In this document: piece after piece, positions 39,575 to 52,129 of the stretch
Layout of the letters: each line of letters starts with the position of its first letter
How positions within the stretch are numbered: the stretch's first letter is position 1
Assembly (NCBI GenBank): GCA_013239625.1
Contig: MU054391.1
Location: 8,961,095 to 9,025,094, forward strand
From: Lama guanicoe
Lineage: Eukaryota
DNA: 64,000 bases
Direction of reading: 5' to 3'
Notes under the pieces: generated by a model
Seen by the model: only the letters and a program-made list of their open reading frames with translations
Databases searched by the model: none
What the model was told of the DNA's origin: nothing
Program-made: the position numbers and the translations under genes

Positions 39575-40110
39575 TGGAGATCTACTACTGTGTAACCACC
39601 ACCCCTCCTTCAAAATGTCTTAAAACAACAAGAGTCATTTATCTCTCATGATTTCTGGGGCTCAGGAATTTGGGGATTGCTCAGCTGGGCAGTTTTGGTG
39701 TGGCATTTCATGTAGTCCTAGGTGGACAGTGGCTGGAGCTGGGAGTGGTGCTAAGGCAGCTGAGGACTAACCGGGCATCTCTTCTCTTCATGTTCTCTCA
39801 GAAGCTCTGTTTCCTCCCCATGAGCTAGCGTGGGCTTCCTCACAAGATGGCAGCCGCAGTCTTCTTAAATGGCAGGTCAGTATTCCCAAGGCAAGTGTCC
39901 TAAGGGACCTGGGAGCTGTGTTGCTTTTATGACCCTCGTCTGAGAAGTCAGAGCTACTCCATTCTGTTAGTTAATTCAGTCACAAAGGCCTAAGTGCAAG
40001 AAGGGAGGGTGTACATTCTGTCTCTTGAGAGGGGAGAGGGAACATTCTGGAAAAGCACTGGAGATGGGAAAGAGTGTCGTGGCTATGTTTGGAACATGCA
40101 GTTTGTATCA
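39575..40110 (-). mobile_element. MaLR solo LTR (MLT1H/G-like) inserted in L2
   Basis: ttaaaacaacaa...ctcatgatttctggggctcaggaatttggg...gggcttcctcacaagatggcagcc. The L2 tail ctcagtaaatgtttgttgaatagatgaa resumes at about 40160. Confidence 0.8.
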
Positions 40111-43100
40111 TGCGTATTTTATCCTTATTCCCTAACATTGGTTCTTTTTGCCTGGACTTGAGCTCAGTAAATGTTTGTTGAATAGATGAATTAATGATTT
40201 CTGAGTTCTGTTAACACTGACTGATACTAAATATTTGAGCCCACATACTTCTCTTTCTAACCTTCAGCTATCAGTCAGTTGTTTGTCCAAGGGGGCAAAG
40301 TAGAAGATGCATGTTTTATTAACACTAATGATTAGGAAGCATGGGATGTACATTACTCCTCCCAAACGAATGCAAGTCAGACAAAGGAAATGTTCGTTCT
40401 AATTATTTTAGTAGTTATTTGAGTTGCTATGAAGAAAAAAGTATCTGGTTATTTTCCCTCTGACTTTCCTAAAAGTAAAGATGTTTGTTTATAGTTCTGA
40501 TATCCACCCGGTTGATAGAAAGTTCTAAGTATTTCAATATTGTTTAATCTTTTAAGGTGGGAATTTCTATAGCCCAGGTGTTAACATATGTCTGTATGGG
40601 TGTGCATTATGTGTGAGTGCGTGTGTGTGTATTAGTTGTCAAGGCAAACATTTTGCCCTCTGGCAAGAGTGGAGTTCACTGAGTTTAAGAATGTTCTGCG
40701 TGGCTATTCTGTGTTTCGAAGCACATGTATACGTGGTGTAGGAGGTGTGGGTTTATATGTGTTTGTGTATACAAATCTAATACATGTCTAGGAAATATGC
40801 TAAAACACAGAACACATATTTGAGCAGAAAACTAAAGTTAACAAACTCTCATATTTTTGTTTACAGTTTCTCTGCCCGAGACTATTAGTTTGAGTAACTT
40901 ACTATGTTTTTCTAGAAACTACAGAAAAATGCTGTGTCCTTTCGTAACTTGTCTGTTTCCTGCAGGGACTGTGTCTGATGCTTCTGTGTACTCTGAGCAG
41001 TCTCCATGCTCACTGAGTGACTAGCTGACCACCAAGCATGAAGGAAGGTGAGCCCAGCAAAGCCCCACTTGGCACCTGAAGGGACAAAGATCACAAAATC
41101 CAGCCATGGGTCACGAATGAGTCATAATGGACAAAGCCATGTTCAACAATTAGCTTCGGGACTAAAAGGTAAACACGAACATATTATCATATTGTCTGAA
41201 AGTATATCCCTTAATGTAGATTCTTTTTCTTCTATGGACACTTTGGGAAAAGTATGTCAATTTTAGGGGCAAACGTTCAAAACTACATAACCTGTTCCAA
41301 GAGATTCTAGTTCCTTCTAGTCAGATGAAGGACAGGCACCATGCAGGATGGTACAACTTGACATCACATTGAGGCTCCAGCTTCAGGAAGCCATCTAGCA
41401 CTTTCCTACCTCCTAAGGTAATTAAAAAGATGAAAACATACAATATCTGTTAAGAGCATTTTAAATGTCAATGAGTATAATCCAAATATAAAAGATCGTC
41501 ACAAAAGATTATAATTTATAATTGTTTTATACCGACTTTAGGCACTACCAGCTTGCATTCAAGACCCTTCAAAATCAGACCCAAATCTACCCAACTATTT
41601 TTATTTGCACTCTTTCCCAGCTTAGACTTTAACTCCAATTAAGCAAAGTGAATCATTCACTCCTACATGTACCCGGTCCACATCCAAGTTCCACCCCAGC
41701 TCCCTACCCCTCACAGTTTTCACTCTCTGGGATCTTCTTCCATCTTTCCAAGCTGCTGGAAATGTTCTCAGTTTTACCAGTTTGTTAAGTCCCAGCTTCA
41801 AGTTTATTTCCTCCCACCTATGCTTCTCTTTTCAGGATTGCATAGTATAGTATAAATAAATGTTGTAGTATAAATAACTCGGTTGCCAGGATATCTGGGG
41901 TTAATCCCATTGGGGCAATTTACTAGTTTAGAATCCTTGGTTCAAAGCACTTGGCCTCCCTCATATAAGATGGGAGGGTAAGGACGGTCCCTCGCGGGAT
42001 CTCATCAACAGAGCAGTCGGTGAGTCAGCCAACCACGTGAGCTATACTAGAAGCTGCAGGACATAAAAATGAATATGACAAAGCTACTGTCCTCAGAAAG
42101 ATCAGCGTCTTCTAGGAGAGACAGGTAATTAAACCAACAATAATACCATTGAGTTCTGGGTACATCATGATCTGGAAGGACCGACGAGCGTGCCAGGTAT
42201 TTTCAGCAAAAATATTTACCTTAATAATAAGACAGATCCACACATTGAGCAGTGAGGAATGTCTGGATAAACAATGGAAAGTCTGAGTTCACTGGCCATA
42301 GGCTGGGTACCTGCTTTAGGAGAAATGCAAACACGCAGGGAAACCTCTTTCAACTCAGTGTAGCTAGTCGGTACGGCCCCACGCCCCCTGCATCAATCCT
42401 TGTGTGTGCGATGGATTCTTTAGGAAGAACTGGAGGGGGGTCAGAATCGTGTGTCTTCCAGGTGATGGAGGCGTATTTGGAGAAAGTGGAGGCAGAGTGA
42501 GCGATTTGCCTTGTTTTAATGCAAGCAGATGGCGAGGTCATGGGAACCTATTTAAAGCCTTAGTGAACCGTCTCTTCAAATTAAGGACTTGGGAGAATTA
42601 GAAGTTCTGAGAAACCCCCATGACTCACAAGATCGTAAGTTCTCGCTGAGTGCTCAGGCATCTCACCCTCCGCACGCTAAACCACCAGGCGTACCCAAGG
42701 GCAGGGCTGATTGCTCTAATGAAATGCAGGTATTCAGATTCAAGGCAGTGTGGTGACAGAGACCACCATCGAGACAGCAAGCGCTTCCCACTGAGCTGCC
42801 CTCGGCTGAGTGGAATCACAGGCTTTGAAGAATCACAGAGCTATCTGCTAAAAATAAAGTGACAGTTTCTGAAGAAACTTTCAGATGTGAATGGGTTTGA
42901 ATCCTGTTTCAGAGGTTCTTGGGCCTATATTTGGGAGTAAGTACAGTGTCCTTAGATATTGGAATAACTAAGGATCTAAAAACACAACGAGGCTTTAAAA
43001 GGAATTAATGGACCTAAAATCACACGAGGCCTGTGCAATATAAATCATCTGTACGATCCATATATAATATATATTTAATCACGAGTCATTATTAAACAAA

Positions 43101-43849
43101 TGTAATTTATAATTTTAAAAATTAAATGAAAAACTATGACCTTGTCTAACAAACCATCATTTACCTTGTTAGGGATCCTTTAATTCATTTAAAATTGTAG
43201 TCCTTTTTAATAAGCACAAAAATATAAGATATACAAGATATTTACACTAAATCATTGTGTTTTGCAAGTTTTATACCTGACATTTTTAGATTAGCAGTTT
43301 GGGGCTAATATAAAAGAGACTATTAGACTTGAAAAGGCTGTTGGCCATTAACTAATTCAAATCCAGTTTGTTACAGAGGAGAAAAGCGAGGCCGGAGAGA
43401 GTGACTCTTTTTAAGTCTTTAAGCTATGCAGTTATGGTGATAGAAAATACGCCAGAATTCAGGTCCGTGGAATTGGTGTAATCTCAAACCCAGGTCTGAT
43501 ATTATCAAGTTCAAACTACAAAACCGTAACCCTCAGTTTCCGTATAAGATAGGCATTTTCTATGAAATACATCTTATAATACATAAAACACTTATTTATA
43601 CGAAAAAAAGTTCAGTGACCAAGAAAGAGGAAGAAATCTAAACTCAGCTGGTTTTCTTCACTGAATATAGCAAACCAAAAACTGGCTTAAATTATTTCAG
43701 AAGCTAAAACAGTCCTCTACAAGAGGAGGGGAGAGAAGAGAAAGAAAGATCTTGGAAATTAAAATACTCTCACAGCAGACACTGCAAGACTGTGAATCTC
43801 CAAGTCCTCTGGGACTCACAGTTCCCACCCCAGACATGAGCCCAGCACA

Positions 43850-44060
43850 GTGAAGGTACGTGGAATTTGTCACGGACGATGGAGTCCTTGCTCAGCCACT
43901 TTCTAGGTGGATACCACTGGGTGAATCACCTTCTCTTTGCATCAGTTCTCTCTTTCCTAAAATTCAAATTAAAATACTGCATTCTCAGTCTTAACTGTGG
44001 ATACGAAGAAGAAACGTACATGAATGTGCTTTGTAAACCATAAATTGTTAGGCACGTGGC
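43850..44060 (+). mobile_element. MIR SINE remnant
   Basis: ctgggtgaatcaccttctctttgcatcagttctctc...gtacatgaatgtgctttgtaaac. Confidence 0.6.
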
Positions 44061-44294
44061 CATTACCGCGCTCCTTGCAGATCACATAACGTTCAGTGAT
44101 GTTTTCCTTCAGTGGACTTCCTTCTTAAAGCACCGTTATAAAGAGCTGGTTGTGAAGGGACAGCTAAGAAACTGGGGGTAAATCCTCACAAATTTGAGGC
44201 TAACAGTGGGATCAAGTGCCAGTGTAGATGGGACCTTCAACCTGTCCTGTCCCAAACCTTCCTGTTGTGGTCATTTTAGGATTAATTTTTATAA

Positions 44295-44945
44295 ACAGAA
44301 GTTCAACGGAAGGTTCTCAGAGGACTTGAAGTTCCCTGTAAGGCTTCAGAAAAAATTTTAATATCATCGATAATCATTTAAAAATTTAAAATACCATGTT
44401 CTGAACTATCGGCACAGTTGCTTTATTTTCAGATCCTTTCTCACGGTTCCAGTGTCCAAGTTTGCAATTATATTTACAAATGAGTTGTCACCAGTCAAAT
44501 AGGGCTACTTTAACTGTCCCAGGCAGTTGAGAAAAGAACAAAGGCAGATTTAGTAGGCAAATGATCAGCTCCTGCCGTGTGAACTCTAAATGACATCAGT
44601 GTGAACTGTGAGGATGAAGGTTCAGAAGCAGTGCAAAAAGTAGTGAAAAAATTGACTTCAGTCCAACAGAATAGGAAAGGACCAGTCCACACCACAGCCC
44701 TAATGCAAGTGGCAATTTAGTTTCAGCAAAATTACTCTTGGCGATTTGAATTATTGTTGCTTTTGTAATTTGTTTGGTTTTAGCTCGTTAATTTGTTTTG
44801 ACTTCCAAGCAGTATGAATTAAAAGCATAAGGAGTTTAGACCTAGTTCTTTTCTGTGTGTCTTGATGAGGATATAATAGTCTAATTCTGTATCACAGGGT
44901 CTGTGAAAACATTTCCCTTTAAAGGGGTCTGCATACACCAGAATT
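44295..44945. mobile_element. hAT-Charlie DNA transposon remnant (subfamily uncertain)
   Basis: Charlie-like 3' end gggtctgtgaaaacatttccctttaaaggggtctg and internal ttgttgcttttgtaatttgtttggttttag. Confidence 0.5.
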
Positions 44946-45889
44946 CGATTCTGACCAGCATGAAAGCTGGGCTCCCATGGTGCTGGATGAGTTCCCTGGA
45001 GGCACCGTGCGCTGCTGGATTCAGCTCTCCGTGGACCAAGGATGAGAAATACGTGGCGTGTAACTCTTCGCACGAATTTCACTCGCACTGAAGAGATTTG
45101 TTTTAAGCTGTTAATCTAATTTTTTTTCTATTCTCAGGCTCATATTAATGTTCCAATTAAATAGAAAATGAGGAAATGAAGAAAGGATGTGTTTTTAATA
45201 AATTGAATTTCCATTTGGGCTTTATTAAAACTGCCATGGAAATTATCATGGGAAAGTTTGTCTCAGAAAATGGTGATATCAATGATGATTTCTATTCTTG
45301 TGATTGAAAAAGAGGCAACATTAGGCGTGGTGCCAGCCCAGGTGGAGACAAAATAGTAAGCAGTGCCTCATTTGGGAACAATCCCAAGGCAGGAACAATC
45401 TTGCTCCCCTGTGAATTCCTGGCACCCCGAACAGGTCCTAACACATGGCAGGTAAGTGCTTGCTAGTTAATTGCTATGCCTTGCTTGGCACGCCGCCCTC
45501 CAGAACTCACAGCTGGAATGCTCCCACGGGCTCAGCCCTGCCCCTAAGTTTAGGATGCAGTGAAGCAGTCCCAAGGCTGAAATCCTGCAGCTCAGGATCG
45601 AGTCAGCCTAGATGCACAACCTACTCTCCGCTGCAGGTAACCTGTCTCCCCCATTCTGAGCCCCCAGGCCAGGAAACGGAGCCCTAAAACTGATCTTTCT
45701 AAAGACAGGCGTTTTTGTTTTTTTTTTTCCCATGAATCTAGCTCCCCACGTCCTCTGGCTGTCAGTCACCTGCCCGCCTCTACCTCTGCCCACTCTGGTG
45801 CCGGATTGTGCCGTCACTCATGGAGGAGGTGGTAGACAAGGAGACTGAGACTCTGGGCTGAGCGGACACACGGTGCATTGTTCAAGAAC

Positions 45890-46085
45890 AGAGATAACAG
45901 ATGTGCGGCTTTAGTCCTGTCTGCACCTGGCTGGGATATTCACTGCCTATGGCTTGGCATTTTCATCTGTAAAATGAGCTTAAAAATAATTTATAAGCCA
46001 GTTATGAGCAAGAAATGAATTCCTTTGTAGAAAGCATTTGGAACAATGCCTGACTCATAGTAAGCACTCAGAAATGCTGGCTGTA
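45890..46085 (+). mobile_element. MIR SINE
   Basis: tttcatctgtaaaatgag...agcatttggaacaatgcctgactcatagtaagcactcag. Confidence 0.8.
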
Positions 46086-46887
46086 TTTTTTTTCTTTTTT
46101 TTTTGGTCTCTGCTACCCCCACACCTGTGCCAGATATCGCTGGTACTGTTAACCGGCCGTCCTGGAAGCCTCTGCAGCCACAGAATTCTGCTTTTCTGAC
46201 CTACTTTCTCCTAACGTCTCTGCTTAAATGCCACGTGTTTCCCTACCAGAAGTCATGTCATCGGAGGCATCATGAAATTATCCCCCAGTTCTATTTTACA
46301 GTCTTTAATCCTTGCGGGGCCCTGGCCTGCCCTGACCCTCCCATGAACGAACTTCCTTCTGACACTTACTCGTTCAGGTGTAGAGATGAGGGCTTTCCTG
46401 CAATAGGACGCATCCATCCTTACCTGGTGCACTAGGGCCCAACTCCACTGGGTCCTAAATGCACCTAATTCCCTCGTTCTGTAAGCAGCGCCCTAGGAGC
46501 AGGGATGCAGTGAAAGATCTACAGACAGGTCGCAGGTGAAGGTCTGGGGCAAAGACAAGAGAAAGCCAAGAAAGCTGCCTGAAGACTCTGTCAAAGGAGC
46601 AGTTCACCTTTGTTACTTCTCAGAGCTTTTAATTTTACACAGTAATAGGTTCTCTCATTTTGTCCTCACAGAAACACAATGACAGGACAGGATGTGTCTG
46701 GACGACTAGGACAGTGCTTGGTACAATTTTAGCAGACGCAAACGCTCTGAAAGTGGCTGGTATGCCCATGAATTGAGGTTCAAGGGTGATTCAAAACAAA
46801 CAAGCAAAAAACTGTAGCTTTTTGCACTTTTGCTCATGCCCTTGCTGGTGACTTTACACCCTATAACTTTCTCCACTGATGATTTTT

Positions 46888-47009
46888 TTTTTTAGAGGGG
46901 GTGGAATTAGGTGGTTTGTTTGTTTAAATGGAGGTACTGGGGATTGAACCCAGGGCCTCATACACGCTAAGCACATGCTCTCCTGCTGAGCTGTACCCTC
47001 CCCACCTTG
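46888..47009 (-). mobile_element. Vic-1-type tRNA-Ala-derived camelid SINE
   Basis: Minus strand ggggagggtacagctcagcaggagagcatgtgcttagcgtgtatgaggccctgggttcaatccccagtacctcca (tRNA-Ala(AGC)-like head with B box ggttcaatcc), then an A-rich tail. Perfect 13-bp TSD actgatgattttt (46875-46887, 47010-47022). Confidence 0.92.
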
Positions 47010-47208
47010 ACTGATGATTTTTGACTACAGATTCAGTTCTTGCTTTTCTGACTCTCAGTTCAGCAGACTCCATTCTGGAACATTCCCAGACTGGACGTGA
47101 GCCTCCTTCGGGCCCTACTTCTACCTCACCCTCTTCGACTTCTTACCTCACAACTGTCTCAGCGTGAGAGCCTCCTCTTCCTCCCACATTGTGAATTTTG
47201 TTTACACC

Positions 47209-47530
47209 TGTGGTGGGTAGACCCAAAGGTGCCCCCTGCCAAAGATCACCACCCTCTAGTGTCCATGCCCCATATAAAACCACCCCCTGACCTTCCATGA
47301 GGAAGCCCACATGACCAGGAACTGTGGGTGCCTCCAGCCAGCAAAACGCTCAGGCCCTCACTCATACAGCCACCAGGAAATCAATTCTGTCAACAACCTA
47401 AATGAACTCGAAAAGTATTCCTCTCCAGTTGAGAACACAGCCTAGCCCATACCTTGAATGAAGCCTTGCAGGAACCTGAGCCAAGGATTCAGCTAAGTCG
47501 TGCCTGGACTCCTGACCCACAGAAATGGCC
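47209..47530 (+). mobile_element. MaLR LTR fragment (MLT1E-like)
   Basis: tgtggtgggtagac...aattctgtcaacaacctaaatga...cagctaagtcgtgcctggactcctgacccacagaaa. Confidence 0.8.
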
Positions 47531-47627
47531 ACAGTCGCATCAGCTGATCAAACCACATCACCCTTGTTTAGAAAAACTACAAAATTATATCCAATTGAAA
47601 CAACCAGAATGATAAGCCTTAGGGAGA

Positions 47628-47765
47628 AAAAAATATCTTGTAATAACCTTTACTGAAGACAACTATGAAAGTGAATATACACATGTATAGCATGACTGGG
47701 ACACTGTGCTGTACACCAGAAATTGACACACTGTAACTGACTGTACTTCAGTTTAAAAAAAAAAA
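47628..47765 (+). mobile_element. Camelid-type L1 3' terminus (about 135 bp)
   Basis: aatatcttgtaataacc...tgtgctgtacaccagaaattgacacactgtaactgactgtacttcagtttaaaaaaaaaaa. Confidence 0.9.
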
Positions 47766-49299
47766 TCCAAACTAGACGTAGAATGGCCAGTTCAATAAAA
47801 TCATACTGAATTTAACTTGAGGTTTGGAAAATTTACTATTTTGAGTCAGTCCCCAAATTCCGTCTCCAAATGCATGACTATGTGCAGCCTTATTAAAGAC
47901 AAGCTGGAGGAGCCCCGCATTGACAGGCGGATGGTATGTAAACCAGCAGGCACGTGAGAATCCAATAGGATGCATAGACTGCAAGGATAAGTGGGCAACA
48001 TCCCACGGTGATGGTCAGGAGAGCCGGGCAGCTGTATATCCCTAAGCAGAGTCAAGAACAGGAATGCTTCTAAAAAGGCAGAGACAATGGGGAATGATCA
48101 CAGACAGGCCCTCTCTGCCTCTGCACACAGAGAAACACACTCACACATCACAGTATTTACAGAGTCCCTCTTTGTTCTTTCTCAAAGATTTCTCATGCTA
48201 TAGAAGAGAGGCTGGAATTGAGTAAATGTATGCTATTTCAGTACAGTACAGTAGAATCTCTGAGCTTGGGCTCTGTTAGTTTTTGTAAGGTTGGAATTGA
48301 ACAGTTAAAGACAAATTTACTTGAAGGATCCCCATCACTGGCCACGGTGATGCTCCCCTCTGTGCCTCTAGGACAGACAGTGGGAAGTGGAAAGACAGAA
48401 GCTGAGTATCTTTCACAGAAGGGCTGTGTGTCCCATAGACAGAATTCAGTGCCACGAGGGCTCTTGCACTCTCTTCTCCAGTTCAGATGGCACAGGATAA
48501 TCTATCTCAGATGGTTTTGAAAGTCATTCTCTTCTACTGTCGATCTTGTTTTTAGAATGTTTCCCCCTCTTATTTGTTTAATCACTCTCATTCTAGATCT
48601 GTCTTCTACAATGATTTTGGACTCTTCTTATCAGCCTCCACGTGACGGCCCTTCCGATGTTGTCATTGTCCCTGTCTTCTCATCTCCTCTTGGGAGCTCC
48701 AAGCAGAGTAGGAAAACCATTGCCTGAGATCAAGACCCTGTAATTAGGCTGTTTCTCAAGTTTCTCCCTCTTCTTCCTCCTGAGACAGCTCCTGATGAGC
48801 AAGAGCTTAACGCTGCGCCCAGTAAACCAGTCAACTCAGGATCACTCATGAGTGAGACCACTGATGCTCAAAGGACACCGAAGAAAAGAGGGATTAACGG
48901 GCAGGTCGTCTGCTCAGAATCCAAGAGAGAAACTCTGCTTCGATCTATTTACATATGGAGCTTCTATGCAGTTTCATTTTAAGAAAGTATTCTCCTATTT
49001 TAAAAAAAAACCTTAGAAAACTACCACACTAGCCCATTTGTAATTTCTTCATCCTTATCAATTTTATCTAATTTGAACAACCTTTTTGCACACTTGACTC
49101 AAGACTTTTAAGGCCAGGAAATTTGCATGCCTGATTAAAATACTAAGATTTTGATGTGTTTATATATGTACAAAAAAGGAGTCATGCCTAACATTAAGTG
49201 ACAGAGAAACGTTGAAATTAAAAACATAAACAGAGGTTTTAAGAAAAGAAAAAGATGTAGGTGTGAGTATAAAGAACTACTCAGTAGAATTCCTTTTCA

Positions 49300-49530
49300 G
49301 TAAAACAGAAACACATCTGACACTATTTTCTATGAGTTTATTTACATAATATTCTTGGAAAAAAATACAGATCAGTGATAGCCCAAGTGAATTTATTGGG
49401 GTGATGAAACAGTTCTACGTCTTGATTATGGCTGTGGGTATGTGACGATACGTATTTGTCAAAATGTACAGTGCTTTACACTAAGGAAGAAAGGTGAATT
49501 CTACTACAGGTGAATTAATACCTGTTAGAT
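49300..49530 (+). mobile_element. L1M 3' end fragment
   Basis: ggggtgatgaaacagttctacgtcttgatt...tatttgtcaaaa...gtgaattctac. Confidence 0.7.
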
Positions 49531-49544
49531 GATACAATTTTGTT

Positions 49545-51120
49545 TACAGAAAATATATGATATTAATGTCATCAAAATGAAAACTTTTGTCCTGCAAATG
49601 ACACCATCCCATACAGTGAAGACACAGCCACAGAATAAAAGAAAATATCTGTAAATCATTTGTCTGATGATCATGGACTGTATCCTGAATAGGTAAAGAG
49701 TGCTTACAATTGAATAAGATAAGTAAGCCAAATTCATAGAGAACATATATGACTGGACATTTCTCCAAAGAGACACAAATGGCTAGTAAGCACATAAAAA
49801 GATGATTACCATCATTAAACATTATCAAAACCACAGTGAGACAGCACTTCCATACCCAGTAGTATGCCTACACTCAAAACAGGAGAAAATAACACGTGTT
49901 GATGAGGAGATGGAGAAATTGTAGCCTTCACACGTTGGTGGTAGGAATGTAAACTGCTGTAACTGCTACTTTGAAAAACAGTTTGTCAGTTCCTCAGAAT
50001 GTTAAACACAGAGTGTTCGTATGACTTGGCATATTCCACTCCTGGTTGTAGACCCAAGAGAAACAGAATTATGTATGTATGTGCAAAAATTATCCATGAT
50101 TGTTTTCTGACTTTTACTGAGGTAAAATATATATATAATATAAAATTTACTATCTTAATCATTTTTAAGTATACAGTTCAGTAGTATAAAATACACTCAT
50201 AACCATCTCCAGAACTCTTTTTAATCTGGTACAACTAAATCCTGTACCTATTAAACAGTACCTCCCCATTTCTCCGTCTCCCCAGCCCCTAGCAACCACC
50301 ATTCTACTTTTTGTTGCTATGATTTTGACTACTGTACACATCCCATGTAAGGAGAATCATACGGTATCTGTCTTTTTGTGACTGGCTTATTTTACTTAGC
50401 ATAGTGTCTTTAAAGTTGATTCATGTTGTACCATATGTCAGAGTTTCCTTCCTTTTTAAGACTGAGCAATGTTCTATTGTATGTATATACCATATTTTGC
50501 TTATCCATTCATCCCTACAGGCACTTGGGTTGCTTCCACATTTTAGCTAGTGTAAATAATTTTGCTATGAACATGGTTGTACAAATATCTCTTTGGGACC
50601 TTGCTTTTAATTCTTTGGGGTCTATAATTCAGAAGTAGAATTACTGGATCTTGTAAATGAGTGTTATCTGTATTAGCCAAAAATGGAAACAATCCAAATG
50701 TCCATCAACTGATAAATGAATAAATAAAATATGACATATCCACACAATGGACTATTACTCCACAATAAAAAGGAATTACACATACACTCTACAACATGGA
50801 TAAACCTTGAAAACATTACGCTAAGCTAAAGTAGCCAGCCACAAAAGACCACATATTTATGATTCTATTCATATAAATATTCATAGTTGGCAAATTTAAA
50901 GAGACAGAAAGCAGATTAGTGCTTGTCAAGAAATGGGGTGGGGGAGTTTAATAAGGGGTGATTGCTTGCAGGTACAGAGTTTCTTTTTGCAGTGATGAAA
51001 ATGTGTTTAAATTGGTGGTGATAATTGCACAAATCTGTGAATGTACAAAAGTCAATTGCATGCTTTAAATGGTGAGTTGTACGGTATATGAATTATATAT
51101 CAATAAAGCTGTTAAAATAA
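49545..51120 (+). mobile_element. L1MB7/8-like ORF2 end and 3' UTR, interrupted by an antisense L1
   Basis: gacatttctccaaagagacacaaatggctagtaagcacat...aaatgtccatcaactgataaatg...aattatatatcaataaagctgttaaaa. Confidence 0.85.
50105..50652 (-). mobile_element. L1MB3-like 3' end nested in the older L1
   Basis: taaaatttactatcttaatcatttttaagtatacagttcagtagt...ccccagcccctagcaaccaccattctactt. Confidence 0.85.
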
Positions 51121-52129
51121 CTATACCTCAAAAATCCTGACTCAAAAGAGAAAGAAATAATTTCAAATTTCCAAAGTCCAAAGAAGGCAAATCACACAAG
51201 CAGAAAGTTTCTCTTTAAAAAGGAGTATTAATAACCAATAACCATACAAAAGGATGCTCAATTGATCAATTGCCAAACTAATGCAAGTAAAACGAAAATG
51301 AACTGCATTTCCCCAATAAGATTCACAAAAATTAAAGACTGGCAATGCCTCATATTAGTGAAGTTATAATTAAATAGCCTTTCCAGCCTCAGGACTCATA
51401 AAGGCTCAACTGAAACACACTTTCTAGAAAGAACTTCTGTAGTATGAATCCAAATAAGTAATGTGCGTAGCTTTCTATCTAATTTTAAGGCCACAGTAGC
51501 ACACGTTTTATAGTCAAACATTCAGAACTGTCACAACAGTGAATGGTGTGGAAGTGACCTGTCACAGCATGTGACTGGGAGGGACCCTGCTGAGTCCAGG
51601 ACGGACCTTTGCAAGTTCCAGGCTGTGAGGAAGATCTGAAGGGTCCTGACAGAGAGGCCTGGACAGCCAAGGAGGCTGAGACTTGAGGCACATCCTGGTC
51701 CTTACTGAGTAGTACAAACTGGTCAGTTGTGTACAATTTGGTACAAATTTTCTATTATTTCAAGCCTTGTCCTACTGTGAATACTGACCAAAAGTTGGCC
51801 CTATAAAAAACCACAAGCATTGAAAATGCATTCAGTGAACACCATCATGTGTGTTTATAAGACCAGAAGAGTAAGTGTTCATCTGTAGGAGACTGGTTAA
51901 GAAAATTGTGGTATATCCAGAAAATGTCTGGGGCCATTACATACAATTTGAAAATATACTTGTTAACATGCAGAAGTATCAGCAACACTGAATCACTGAA
52001 TGAAAAGATGACTTAACAACATATAGTGAAAAAAAAAAAAGTAAAAGTATTCATTCATATGCACATCTGTGCATGAATAAGGAAACATCCCCTGGGAGGC
52101 TCCAGTGTCACCTCTTCCAAGATATCTTT

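Noticed and set aside
46930..47005. tRNA-Ala gene
   Set aside because: It is a SINE head with mutated stems, an A-rich tail and a TSD, not a functional tRNA
47870..47940. Donor-like gatg|gtatgt after a short open frame (MTMCSLIKDKLEEPRIDRRM)
   Set aside because: No promoter or acceptor support and the peptide is unrecognised
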